Assembly (NCBI GenBank): GCA_965658895.1
Contig: CBFHUR010000011.1
Coordinates: 9,275-73,274, forward strand
Reading direction: 5' to 3'
Length of the DNA stretch: 64,000 nucleotides
DNA from: Candidatus Binatia bacterium
GTDB taxonomy: Bacteria > Desulfobacterota > Binatia > UBA12015
Below the pieces are notes generated by a model. It made no database searches. It saw nothing but the letters and a program-made list of their open reading frames with translations, and was not told where the DNA came from. How positions within the stretch are numbered: the stretch's first letter is position 1; each line of letters opens with the position of its first letter. This document shows, piece by piece, positions 38,048 to 47,603 of this stretch. Made by a program: the position numbers and the translations under genes.

Positions 38048-39691
38048 GTGCGGGTAATGATTCAGTCCTCATTGCTGGCCGGGATGGCGCCGCGTGCGGT
38101 GCAGATCGAGGTGGAACTCACCCGCGGCTTGCCGCGCACTCAACTTCTGGGCCTTCCGGGTGCCGCGGTACGCGAGGCAGCCGATCGAGCCCTCGTTGCT
38201 CTCGCGGCAAGCGGGTTTGAACTCGCGCCACGGCGCACCACCATCAACCTGCACCCGGCCGACGAGAAAAAATTGGGAGCCGGACTCGATCTGGCAATCG
38301 CCCTCGCACTTCTCGAGGCCCATAAAATCCTCGATCCCTGCGTGAAAACACCTATCCTGGTGACAGCCGGCCTCTCTCTCGACGGAAGGCTGACTGGATT
38401 GCGGGGCTGCCTGGCGACCCTTCTCGGACTGGCCAAAGCCGGGTTCCGACATGTGGTCGTCGCGCCCGCCAACCTTGCCGAGGCGCGTCTGGTTCCCGGA
38501 CTCACCATCCATGCGCCCACGTCACTCCGGGAATCGCTGGCGATCATGCAAGATCCCAGCGCAGATTCCGCCACCTTCTCGGCAGACGATCCCACGCAAC
38601 CGAGCGGGACCGTGGCCACGGGAAAATACGTCCCCCCGTCCGTCTCAGGCCTCAATCCACCTGTGCCAGAGCCGGGCCTGGCGGGCTTTCTCGCTGCCGC
38701 TACAACCGACACAGCCCACGCAAAGCTCCCCCAGCAGGACCGAGCGCCGGATCTTGCCGACGTTCAGGGTCAGGACCTGGCCAAGCGGGCGCTCGAGATC
38801 GCCGCCGCCGGCAGCCACAACCTGCTTCTCTGCGGGCCCCCCGGCTCCGGCAAGACAATGCTCGCGCAACGCCTCCCGGGAATTCTTCCGCCCATGTCCG
38901 CAAACGAGCAACTGACAGCGATGGCCGTTCACGGAATTGCCGGTTTGCCGCTGGCGCGGCTTGCCGGCCGCCAAAGACCCTTCCGACAGCCGCACCATAG
39001 CATCACGCGCGTGGGACTCGTGGGGGGCGGCAGGCCGATCGCGCCCGGCGAAGTCGCTCTGGCAAACCATGGAGTTCTCTTCCTCGATGAGTTTCCGGAG
39101 TTCCACGGCCAGACCCTCGAGGCGCTGCGCGAGCCTCTAGAGGACCGACAAATCCTCCTCCAGCGAATGGGCGAGGAGGCTCAGTTTCCTACTGATTTTC
39201 TCCTCGTTGCAGCCATGAACCCCTGCCCCTGCGGACGATTCGGATTGCCCAACCAGAACTGCACCTGCAGCAACGATGTGCGGCGACGCTACCAGAGCCG
39301 ACTTTCCGGACCGCTCCTTGACCGGATCGACCTTCATATACGACTCCCTCCGACGCGCCCCCAAGCGTTGAGAACCACGGTTGCCTCCGAGAATAGCGCC
39401 ACGGTCCGGGACCGGGTTCTTCGTGCACGAGACCTGCAAAAGGAGCGCAACGGCGAGGGCCGCACCAACGCGGGCCTCTCGGCTCGGAGCCTGAAGCAGG
39501 TGGCCAGCCTGCAAGACCACGTGCGCGACCTGCTGGAACAAAGCATCGAGCGGCTCGCGCTTACCGCGCGCGCTTACCACCGAATTCTGCGGGTAGCCCT
39601 CACGCTGGCGGACCTCGAAGGGACACCGCGCGTCGGGGAGCACCATATTGCCGAAGCCGTCCAATACCGAGACGCCCCGTCCACCTTCTGA
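38048..39691 (+). CDS. comM: YifB/ComM Mg-chelatase-like AAA+ helicase
   Basis: Lon-like N-domain, GPPGSGKTM, PFRQPHH, LFLDEFPEF, AMNPCPCG, SGPLLDRID. Confidence 0.93.
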   Translation: MRVMIQSSLLAGMAPRAVQIEVELTRGLPRTQLLGLPGAAVREAADRALVALAASGFELAPRRTTINLHPADEKKLGAGLDLAIALALLEAHKILDPCVKTPILVTAGLSLDGRLTGLRGCLATLLGLAKAGFRHVVVAPANLAEARLVPGLTIHAPTSLRESLAIMQDPSADSATFSADDPTQPSGTVATGKYVPPSVSGLNPPVPEPGLAGFLAAATTDTAHAKLPQQDRAPDLADVQGQDLAKRALEIAAAGSHNLLLCGPPGSGKTMLAQRLPGILPPMSANEQLTAMAVHGIAGLPLARLAGRQRPFRQPHHSITRVGLVGGGRPIAPGEVALANHGVLFLDEFPEFHGQTLEALREPLEDRQILLQRMGEEAQFPTDFLLVAAMNPCPCGRFGLPNQNCTCSNDVRRRYQSRLSGPLLDRIDLHIRLPPTRPQALRTTVASENSATVRDRVLRARDLQKERNGEGRTNAGLSARSLKQVASLQDHVRDLLEQSIERLALTARAYHRILRVALTLADLEGTPRVGEHHIAEAVQYRDAPSTF

Positions 39692-39816
39692 ACGCCCTGC
39701 GAGCGCGGTCGGACAATGCGCGCGACAATCGGACCGCAAAAACCGACCGTAACGCCGCCTCTGACGGCGCCAGACGACTCAGTCGGGCAGTTCAGCCAGG
39801 CAGATCCGCCAGAAAC

Positions 39817-40917
39817 TCATCCCTTGCCGTGGGGCACGGCCGACGATTCGTTTGCCGCCGAGGTCTCCCGACCAGGCACGAGGAAGTTGCCCATAATCGA
39901 CTGGTAGGCCTCGCAAGGTGTCCAGCACTGCGGGCAATCCGCCCGCCAGATCTCCTGCTGCGTGGTTTCGGCCAGTGGCGTTGACCAGATCTTGCGGAGG
40001 TCATAGTCCACGTCCCGTAAGCTGCCGAGCTTCCGGTCGTAAATCGTGCACGGAAAGACATTTCCCCAGGAGTCCACAAAGCAGGACGCGGACAGCGCGT
40101 GGCAGCGCATCGGCGTTTTCCCGGTCATCAGATATTTCTCGACGCGCTCGAGGTATTGGCGTTCCAGATAGCCGACCGGCCCGCGCGGCAAACCACGCAA
40201 GCGGGAGACCTCCTTCACCGAGTCCAGCAACATGGTCGGGGCCACGTGGTCACGCAGACCCAGATCCGTATTCCCGAGGTAATGAGCGGACTCGTGGATA
40301 ATGTTGACATGGAAATCCTGGTAGGTGAGCCCGGGAATCATTTTCTCGGCCGCCGCGAATGCCGCCGGGAAATGGTCAACATTGGTCTTCGAAAGAGTCA
40401 TCCCGAGGACCACTTCCACACCCGGAATCTCGCGCAGCCTTCGGAACGTCTCCATCTGTCGCTGCCAGCCACCGTCAATCCCGCGAATCTCGTCGTTGGT
40501 CGCCTCATCGCCATCGGTCGATACCGTTATAATCAACTTCTCGGGACGCCGTTCCATGATGCGTCGAGTATTCTCGACAATCTTGTCGCAGAGATAGCCG
40601 TTGGTGGGGAAATGAAGAAGCAGAAGGTTGGGACTTTCATCGATCACCGCATGTGCGATCTCGACAAAATCCTTCCGCAGCGTAACTTCGCCGCCGGTGA
40701 GGTCGACCCAGAGGAAATCTCTCGATTTGCGAAAAAATTCCCGGATCTCTTCAACTCGGAGTTCGTTGCGCGGCTTCATCTGCCAGATGTTGCAAGTCTG
40801 GCATTTGTAGTTGCACCAATAGGTGATCGCAAAGGTCAATTTGAAGGGATGCGAAAGTCGTTTGAAATTCGCATCGAAAGCCTTCTTGGCCAAAGCGGCG
40901 TATGTCCGCAGCTTCAA
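39817..40917 (-). CDS. Radical SAM protein with SPASM/twitch-like C-terminus
   Basis: CNYKCQTC; TGGE; CHALSASCFVDSWGNVFPC...CPQCWTPC. Confidence 0.9.
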   Translation of the reverse strand: MKLRTYAALAKKAFDANFKRLSHPFKLTFAITYWCNYKCQTCNIWQMKPRNELRVEEIREFFRKSRDFLWVDLTGGEVTLRKDFVEIAHAVIDESPNLLLLHFPTNGYLCDKIVENTRRIMERRPEKLIITVSTDGDEATNDEIRGIDGGWQRQMETFRRLREIPGVEVVLGMTLSKTNVDHFPAAFAAAEKMIPGLTYQDFHVNIIHESAHYLGNTDLGLRDHVAPTMLLDSVKEVSRLRGLPRGPVGYLERQYLERVEKYLMTGKTPMRCHALSASCFVDSWGNVFPCTIYDRKLGSLRDVDYDLRKIWSTPLAETTQQEIWRADCPQCWTPCEAYQSIMGNFLVPGRETSAANESSAVPHGKG

Positions 40918-41972
40918 GTCACCGCCTCCAGAATGCGTAGGGGGAGATTCGGTTTCGGTGCGACTCTCTCCCAGTTTTCAAGGTACCAATCATAAGCATC
41001 ACAGGTGATCTTGATATTGTCTCCCGACGGCTCCCACCCAAGATTCTCTCTTGCGCGGGTGATGTCCAGAACGAAATTCACATCGGCCAGCTTGTAGTGC
41101 TCGGGAACGATGGGCGAAATCCCGAAAACATTCAACACCCGCGCCGCATTCCGCAACAAAACCGCGGGAAATGCGAAAATGCTGGAAGACGCGTCCGCGT
41201 AGCGAATCAAGGCCTCGCATTGTGCCCGAACCGAAGGAACCGACTCGGGAGGCGAACCTACGTTCACCACCAGACCGCATGCATTTTCGGACGTCGCGGC
41301 GAGAACCGCGCAGCGCGAGACATCCTCTGCCGCCACCATCTGAACCCGATTCTCGCCACTCCCCAGCAAAAAGACTCGACGGTTACGCCGGACCCAATCG
41401 AAGAGCAGCACGAAGACACCGGTCATGCCGTCACCAAACAAGCTCATCGGCCGCAGCATCGCGACATCCTGTCCGTCGTCGATGGCTCGTTGGCAGAGCT
41501 TTTCTGCTTCGAGCTTGGAGTGGCCGTACGCCCCCAGCGGTTCCTTGGGATGGGATTGTTCATCCACGAGCGGGGTCCGCGGGATTCCATAGACCGCCGA
41601 ACTCGAGATGAAGACCACACGTCGCGCCCGAGTTTCCTTGGCAGCGTCCAGAACGTTCTGCACGCCGCTGAGATTCATGTCGAAAATATCCTGCTCCGAC
41701 AAGGAAGCGAATTGCGGCTTCATCCGCTGCCCGGCAGCCAGATGGTGCACCACCTCGACATCGCGGCAGGCATCCCGGAGCGCAGCCTTGTCGCGCATAT
41801 CTCCGGTGATCGATTCGATCTTCGCCTCACGGCCAACCGACTGCACAACCTGATGCAGGGAGTCCGGCGTCGGCACCATGTCGAACAGCCGAATGTCGTA
41901 GCCCTGCTCCACCAATTGCGGAACCAACGTATGGCCGAGTACACCCGAGGAGCCGGTCACCAGGACTTTCAT
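40914..41972 (-). CDS. NAD-dependent epimerase/dehydratase (extended SDR)
   Basis: VTGSSGVLG, HHLAA, SSSAVYG, YGHSK (YxxxK). Confidence 0.92.
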   Translation of the reverse strand: MKVLVTGSSGVLGHTLVPQLVEQGYDIRLFDMVPTPDSLHQVVQSVGREAKIESITGDMRDKAALRDACRDVEVVHHLAAGQRMKPQFASLSEQDIFDMNLSGVQNVLDAAKETRARRVVFISSSAVYGIPRTPLVDEQSHPKEPLGAYGHSKLEAEKLCQRAIDDGQDVAMLRPMSLFGDGMTGVFVLLFDWVRRNRRVFLLGSGENRVQMVAAEDVSRCAVLAATSENACGLVVNVGSPPESVPSVRAQCEALIRYADASSSIFAFPAVLLRNAARVLNVFGISPIVPEHYKLADVNFVLDITRARENLGWEPSGDNIKITCDAYDWYLENWERVAPKPNLPLRILEAVT

Positions 41973-43198
41973 GAATGCACCTCATCACCAACGTCGATCG
42001 CGGCCTTCTGCAGGCGGGGGAAAAATTCTCTCTCCATGGTTTCAATCACTCGCGGGACGTCGATTCTCTTCATACAGACCGGGTTCACACACCAGCTGAT
42101 TTTCAGATTGTAGTTCGACAGGCATGGACTGCAAAATAGCTGTTCATAGAAGACCAGATCCAGTGGGCCACGCGGACCATAGAGTCTTGGTTCCGTCGGA
42201 CCGAAAAATGTAACGGCCGGTGCGTGCATCAACCCGGCCAGATGCAGGATGGAAGTATCATTGGTGACCACACAGAGCGAATGAGCCAGCAATGCGGTGA
42301 GTTCACCCACAGTCAGCGAATCGCAGGCATTGGTTGCGCTATCCGACTCCTCCATCATGCCGACCACCCGGTCGACCAAGCCCGACTCTTCTTCCCCCAC
42401 GCCGGTAAAGACGACGCGAAAATTTCTCTCCCGAACGAGGTAGTCCGCTAGATGGGCAAAGTTCGAGGCCGACCAACGTTTGATGGCGACACGATCGAAG
42501 TTGGGGCCCGTCCCTACATGCATCACCACCAGGGGACGGTCCTCATCCGCCGGAAAGCGCGACTTTACCGCTTCCCGATCCGCTGGTTCCGTGGGCAGCA
42601 GGATCAGGGGTGCGGGAAGGGTTTCCCGACCCAGAGGAACCGCCAATCGCATGAAGATATCCGCCATATGATCCGTGTCGGCATAGGCGACACGGTGAGT
42701 ATAGAGCCAGCCGCGGGACTGACCGTCGGTATTGAAACCTATCAGGGCAGGCGCCTTGGTGAACGAAGCGAGGATACTCGAGAGCTTCATGAACTGCTCG
42801 AAATCCAGAACCGCATCATAGCCCTGTCGCAATTGCCCCAGAAGCCGGACCACCGCCCAAAGGAATCCGCGAAAAGAATCCACCTCAATGGTCAGCACCC
42901 GGCTCACCAGACCGCTTTGCTCCAACAGGCTTCGATTCCCCGGCAGCGTCAGAAAATCGACCTCGACCTCACCTTCGCCGCGCACCGAGGCCACGGTAGG
43001 CAAAATCATGGCAATATTCCCGAGACCGTAAAACTTGATCCCCAGAACGCGGCGCGGTCGGGCAATTGGCTCCTCACCAGGCGGCGTGGTTGCCGCCCGC
43101 GATGGCAGCCGACCAAGAGCATGGTGGACCGCCCAAAGCGCAAAGCAGATAAACCAGCCAAGCCAGCGATCTATATATCGTGCGAAGCGCAAATTCAT
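41969..43198 (-). CDS. Glycosyltransferase family 9 (heptosyltransferase-like)
   Basis: IKFYGLGNIAMILP, KRWSASNF, VTNDTSILHLA, FFGPTEP. Confidence 0.85.
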   Translation of the reverse strand: MNLRFARYIDRWLGWFICFALWAVHHALGRLPSRAATTPPGEEPIARPRRVLGIKFYGLGNIAMILPTVASVRGEGEVEVDFLTLPGNRSLLEQSGLVSRVLTIEVDSFRGFLWAVVRLLGQLRQGYDAVLDFEQFMKLSSILASFTKAPALIGFNTDGQSRGWLYTHRVAYADTDHMADIFMRLAVPLGRETLPAPLILLPTEPADREAVKSRFPADEDRPLVVMHVGTGPNFDRVAIKRWSASNFAHLADYLVRERNFRVVFTGVGEEESGLVDRVVGMMEESDSATNACDSLTVGELTALLAHSLCVVTNDTSILHLAGLMHAPAVTFFGPTEPRLYGPRGPLDLVFYEQLFCSPCLSNYNLKISWCVNPVCMKRIDVPRVIETMEREFFPRLQKAAIDVGDEVHS

Positions 43199-43361
43199 GA
43201 GGGATGTTCAACACCATTCCGGTTCGCTGGGCACGAGGCCTGACGCGGCCCGTCGACCGCCGGTCGTCGCGAATCCCGGACCAATCGACATATGCCACCG
43301 GGTACCACTGTGGCAGGAAACCGGTCAATCCAGTTCCTGCGTACCCCTGCGGCAGGTCCGA

Positions 43362-45002
43362 TCAATTGTCGCCCACAAGAGCACGCGCCCACCGATAGTC
43401 AGCCTTGCCGCTGGGGCTTCTCTGGATAGCATCGGAGAAGACGAAATCCTTGGGAAGCTTATAGCGAGCGATGTGGCGGCTGCATTCCTCGAGCAAGCTC
43501 TCGGTTGAAGCCTCGGCGCCCTTTTTCAACTGCACCACGGCAACCACCTCCTGGCCCCACCGCAAACTCTTTCGCCCGGCGACCACTGCATCATAGACTG
43601 CGGGATGAGCCAGCAGCGCTTGCTCGACTTCCTCGGCGAAGATCTTCTCGCCACCAGAATTGATCGTTACCGAGTCGCGCCCCAGAACCTCAACGGTCCC
43701 GTCGGCCAAATGCCGAGCGCGATCGCCCGGAACCGCATAACGCCTCCCCGCGATTTCCGGGAAGGTCTTGCGAGTCTTCGCCTCATCGTCCAGATAACCC
43801 AGCGGGACGTGTCCCGCCTTCGCAAACCATCCTACCTCATCGCTGCCCGGCTTGAGCAGCACCTCGAGATCTTCGTCGACCACGCAAGTGTCCTCTACGG
43901 GCGTAAACTGACCTGTAGCCGCGCCACCATCGCGCGAACTGGTATGCATGCCCTGCTGGCCCGTCTCGGACGACCCGATTCCGTCCATGATCAAAGCATG
44001 CGGCAGTTCCTCCAGAAGAGCTTCCTTGACCGTGACACTCAATGGCGCCCCGCCATTGGCTACCGCAAAGAGGCTGGAAAGATCGTAGTCCCCTTCCCGA
44101 ATCGCATCCAGCAGGGGTCGGCCGAAAGCATCTCCCACAATCACGATCAAATTCACTTTCTCGCGTTCGATGGTCGCCAGAAGGTCGTGCGGATCCAGCC
44201 GGTCGACGACGTTCTGAATCAGCAAGGTGCCTCCGCCATGGAGAGTAATGAACGCGAGCCAATGGCCCGCACCATGCATGAAAGGGGGCGCCGCCAGAAC
44301 CCGCATCCCTTCATTCTCGGCGGTCTCGAGAAGTTCTCGGTGGTCCGCGACAAATCCGCTTCCATCGCGGCGCCGACCACCCATCGCCGCCATGAAAATA
44401 TCGTGCTGACGCCACAAAACACCCTTGGGCATCCCCGTCGTCCCACCAGTGTAGAGCGCATAGAGATCGTCGGCTTGGGGCTCGTCGGACAGAGGTGCCG
44501 GCGAGCCGGCCTCGAGAGCCTTGTCGTACCAGATCGCACCCGGAAGCAGATCGGCGCCGGTCTCGTCGGCTACCTGGATCAATACCTCCAGGTCTGGTGT
44601 TTCCGGCAATACCTTGGCCAAACTTTCCGCAAACCGGCTGTGGTAGATGACCGCGCGGGCCCGTGCGTCGCGCAAGAGGTAGATCAGCTCCTCTTCGACA
44701 TATCGATAATTGACATTGATCGGAACGGTTCGGGACTTGAACGAACCCAGCATTCCTTCGATATACTCGTTCCCGTTCATCAGATAGAGCGCCACATGAT
44801 CCTGCCCGGAACTCCATCCCGGCAACTGACTGCGATCACCTGTCTTGCCCAGACCGCGCTGGCGCAGATAATCGGCCAGCCGGCGAGAGCGTTCCGCCAC
44901 CGCGGCATAGGACAGTCGGAGGTCTCCAAACACCAGACATTCGCGCTCGGGAATCCTCTCTGCGAGCCGCTCGTTCAAAATAGCAAGATTGAAATTATCC
45001 AT
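43362..45002 (-). CDS. Acyl-CoA synthetase (FadD19-like)
   Basis: LYTGGTTGMPKGV, GSSETG, YAVPGD, GRDSVTINSGGEKIF, YKLPK. Start ATG 45002 with GGGAGAGGG upstream. Confidence 0.9.
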   Translation of the reverse strand: MDNFNLAILNERLAERIPERECLVFGDLRLSYAAVAERSRRLADYLRQRGLGKTGDRSQLPGWSSGQDHVALYLMNGNEYIEGMLGSFKSRTVPINVNYRYVEEELIYLLRDARARAVIYHSRFAESLAKVLPETPDLEVLIQVADETGADLLPGAIWYDKALEAGSPAPLSDEPQADDLYALYTGGTTGMPKGVLWRQHDIFMAAMGGRRRDGSGFVADHRELLETAENEGMRVLAAPPFMHGAGHWLAFITLHGGGTLLIQNVVDRLDPHDLLATIEREKVNLIVIVGDAFGRPLLDAIREGDYDLSSLFAVANGGAPLSVTVKEALLEELPHALIMDGIGSSETGQQGMHTSSRDGGAATGQFTPVEDTCVVDEDLEVLLKPGSDEVGWFAKAGHVPLGYLDDEAKTRKTFPEIAGRRYAVPGDRARHLADGTVEVLGRDSVTINSGGEKIFAEEVEQALLAHPAVYDAVVAGRKSLRWGQEVVAVVQLKKGAEASTESLLEECSRHIARYKLPKDFVFSDAIQRSPSGKADYRWARALVGDN

Positions 45003-45028
45003 CGATCCCTCTCCCAAACCAACAGTTC

Positions 45029-45916
45029 TCAGTCGGGCTTGCGCGCGTAGATCTCTACCCGCCCTTCCAGACCCGTCCATTTTCCAATTGCGAAAAGAAT
45101 CGCCAGGCCCGCTCGAATGGGAAAGGAAAATGTATAGCGACCGAGATACGGCGTATCGCCACGAACCTCGCTCACCTCAAACCCCACGTCTTCTACCAGT
45201 CGACGCAGGGTGGCCGGGGTGAAATACCAATAATGGTTCGGCACATAGAGCCGCTCGGCGAGACTGCCCACCACCGGCAGACGAGCGAGAATATCAGCCA
45301 TGCCAAAAAGCGTCGAACGATGGTTGGGCACCGCGACGAACAGGGCACCCCCGGGATCCAATGAGGCCAGAGCGTGTTCGAGAAAAACCCTCGGATCCCG
45401 CGTATGCTCGAGAACGTCAGCCATGGTAATCGCCCGCGGCGCAACCGGGAACTCGGCTTCCAGAAAGTCACCCACCTTGACGTCGACGCCAAATTCCTCG
45501 TGTGCCTTCGCTGCGGCCCCGGGCGAGATCTCGCAACCCTGCGGGTCAAAACCGGCTTCCCCGGCCAAATGCAGCAAAAGCCCGGTTCCGATCCCGACAT
45601 CCACAAGTCGGCCGCCACCGGTCAACCGATGCAATCGTGCCAGAGTGGCCCGGAAGCCCTCCACCACAGGATCCTCCGGGTAGTCGCGGTAGTAGGCCGT
45701 GAACATCTCAGCGGTCTCGTCGATCAAGCCGCCCTCGAAGGCCTCATCCTCGCGTTGCGCAATTTCTTCTTCCGACGGAATCGGGTCGACAAATACCTGT
45801 CCGCAGGAACAGCGAACCAGAGTACTGCCCGCACCATGCAAGGGCTTCGCTCCCGACTTGCCGCAAATCAGGCATGGTCTGGGCACCGACCGATTCTTCT
45901 GCTCTGCAACGCTCAT
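45029..45916 (-). CDS. Class I SAM-dependent methyltransferase with N-terminal Cys cluster
   Basis: CLICG...CSCG; VDVGIGTG; VLEH; VPNH...HYWYFTP. Confidence 0.88.
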   Translation of the reverse strand: MSVAEQKNRSVPRPCLICGKSGAKPLHGAGSTLVRCSCGQVFVDPIPSEEEIAQREDEAFEGGLIDETAEMFTAYYRDYPEDPVVEGFRATLARLHRLTGGGRLVDVGIGTGLLLHLAGEAGFDPQGCEISPGAAAKAHEEFGVDVKVGDFLEAEFPVAPRAITMADVLEHTRDPRVFLEHALASLDPGGALFVAVPNHRSTLFGMADILARLPVVGSLAERLYVPNHYWYFTPATLRRLVEDVGFEVSEVRGDTPYLGRYTFSFPIRAGLAILFAIGKWTGLEGRVEIYARKPD

Positions 45917-45992
45917 GCCTCGGGTTGTACACGATCTAGGGGCCAGGATCATCCCGTTGGGCACGCGGGCCCAAAACTGGTACCCCGAGGAC

Positions 45993-46427
45993 GTGCAAAG
46001 CCGACCGATTCACGAGGGCCTTTTCTCCTCGCCGGGCGATCCGGGCGGACTGGGCCTCTATGCCGGCTATTGCTGGTCCTGCAAGGCCCTGCACTTTCCC
46101 GCCACAGACGATTGCCCCTACTGTGGCGCCACGGGATGCGAAACGCGCATTGTCGGCAAGACAGCGAGCCTCTATCTCGGCACAGTCGTGACGGCAGCCC
46201 CTCCGGGCTACCATGGAGAGGTCCCTTATGGCTTCGGACTTGTGGACCTGCCCGAAGGCCTGCGCGTCATATCAGTCATCGCCGAAACCGACGTCAAACA
46301 ACTCCGACCGGGATTGCCCCTGCGACTCGGCCTCCGAACCTTGCCTTGCCCGGAACCCGAACAGGCGGAAGGTGAAGGGCTGACGCTCGCGAGCTGGCAT
46401 TACGAGCCCGCCGCCGAATCCCCATGA
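45993..46427 (+). CDS. Zn-ribbon/OB-fold (DUF35-type) thiolase partner protein
   Basis: CWSC...FP...CPYC; PYGFGLVDLPEGLRV; ATGA overlap with the thiolase. Start uncertain. Confidence 0.85.
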   Translation: MQSRPIHEGLFSSPGDPGGLGLYAGYCWSCKALHFPATDDCPYCGATGCETRIVGKTASLYLGTVVTAAPPGYHGEVPYGFGLVDLPEGLRVISVIAETDVKQLRPGLPLRLGLRTLPCPEPEQAEGEGLTLASWHYEPAAESP

Positions 46428-47596
46428 GCGCCAATCCAGTATATATCCGGGGCGTCGGCCTTCATCCCTTTGGGCGTTTCCCCGAGCAGAGCGTCACAGA
46501 GTTGGGACTGCATGCCGTTCGAGCCGCGATCGCCGACGCCGCTGCTGGCAGTGATCCTGCAGGATCTCGCGCTCCCGGGAACACCCTGGACGCCGCCTTC
46601 TGTGCGAGCGTCTACTCCGGGGTTGCTGCCGGGCACAAAGTCCTCTCGCGCATTGGCTGCACGGGACCTCCGATCATGAACATCGAGGCCGGATGTGCCA
46701 GCGGCGGTGCGGCGCTCTCGCTTGGCGCCGACCTGATCCGCTCGGGACGATATCGAAACGTCCTCGTCTTCGGCATGGAGAAGATGCCGCGGGGCATGAT
46801 TCGATCGAGCTTCTTCCCACCCTGGTGCGAGCAGGCTGGCTTGACGCCCGCACCCGCCTATTTTGCTCTCCGCGCCCAGCGCCTGATCCAGGAATCCGGG
46901 GTCACCCGCGAGGACCTTGCCGACGTCGTGGTCCATAATCGGCGCAAGGGCGTCGACAACCCCTTTGCTATGTTCCGCAAGGAAGTCAGTCAGGAAGAAG
47001 TCCTGCAGTCGCGCCTGGTCTGCGACCCGCTGCACCTCTGGATGCTCTGCTCGCCGAATGAAGGCGCTGCGGCTGTGCTGCTTTCCAGCGAGACCGCATC
47101 CGGCCACACCCCCGTCGAGCTCGCCGCAAGCGTACTGCGATCCCACCAACCCGGCAGCGCGCTCGGCGAGCATACGCCTCTATCGGGCCGCATCGGAGAC
47201 GACCCCGAGAGCCCGACAACGACCGCCGCGCGCGAAGCGCTCGCACAGGGCAAGCTTTCGCTCGGCGACATCGACCTTGTCGAGCTGCAGGACACCGACG
47301 CCGGACGCCAGATCCTCTCGATCGAAGAATTGGGGCTCTGCGCTGCCGGCGATGGTGGCGCCTACGTCCGTGCAGAGCAGCAGAAATCAAAGCAAACAGT
47401 CGCGATCAATCCATCGGGCGGATTACTTTCCAAAGGCGAGCCGTTGGGCGCCTCGGCACTTGCCCAGATCGTCGAACTGGTCTGGCAACTGCGAGCCTCT
47501 GCTGGCGCGAGACAAGTGCCCGGTGCGAAAGCCGGCCTCGCCCATACGGTGGGGCGCGGCGCGAACGCCTCGGTCAGCATCCTGGTGCGCCACTGA
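46424..47596 (+). CDS. SCP2-type thiolase-family protein with non-canonical active-site motifs
   Basis: NIEAGCASG; ELQDTDA; NPSGGLLSKGEPLGASAL; RQVPGAK.GLAHTVG. Confidence 0.88.
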   Translation: MSANPVYIRGVGLHPFGRFPEQSVTELGLHAVRAAIADAAAGSDPAGSRAPGNTLDAAFCASVYSGVAAGHKVLSRIGCTGPPIMNIEAGCASGGAALSLGADLIRSGRYRNVLVFGMEKMPRGMIRSSFFPPWCEQAGLTPAPAYFALRAQRLIQESGVTREDLADVVVHNRRKGVDNPFAMFRKEVSQEEVLQSRLVCDPLHLWMLCSPNEGAAAVLLSSETASGHTPVELAASVLRSHQPGSALGEHTPLSGRIGDDPESPTTTAAREALAQGKLSLGDIDLVELQDTDAGRQILSIEELGLCAAGDGGAYVRAEQQKSKQTVAINPSGGLLSKGEPLGASALAQIVELVWQLRASAGARQVPGAKAGLAHTVGRGANASVSILVRH

Positions 47597-47603
47597 CGTC
47601 AAA

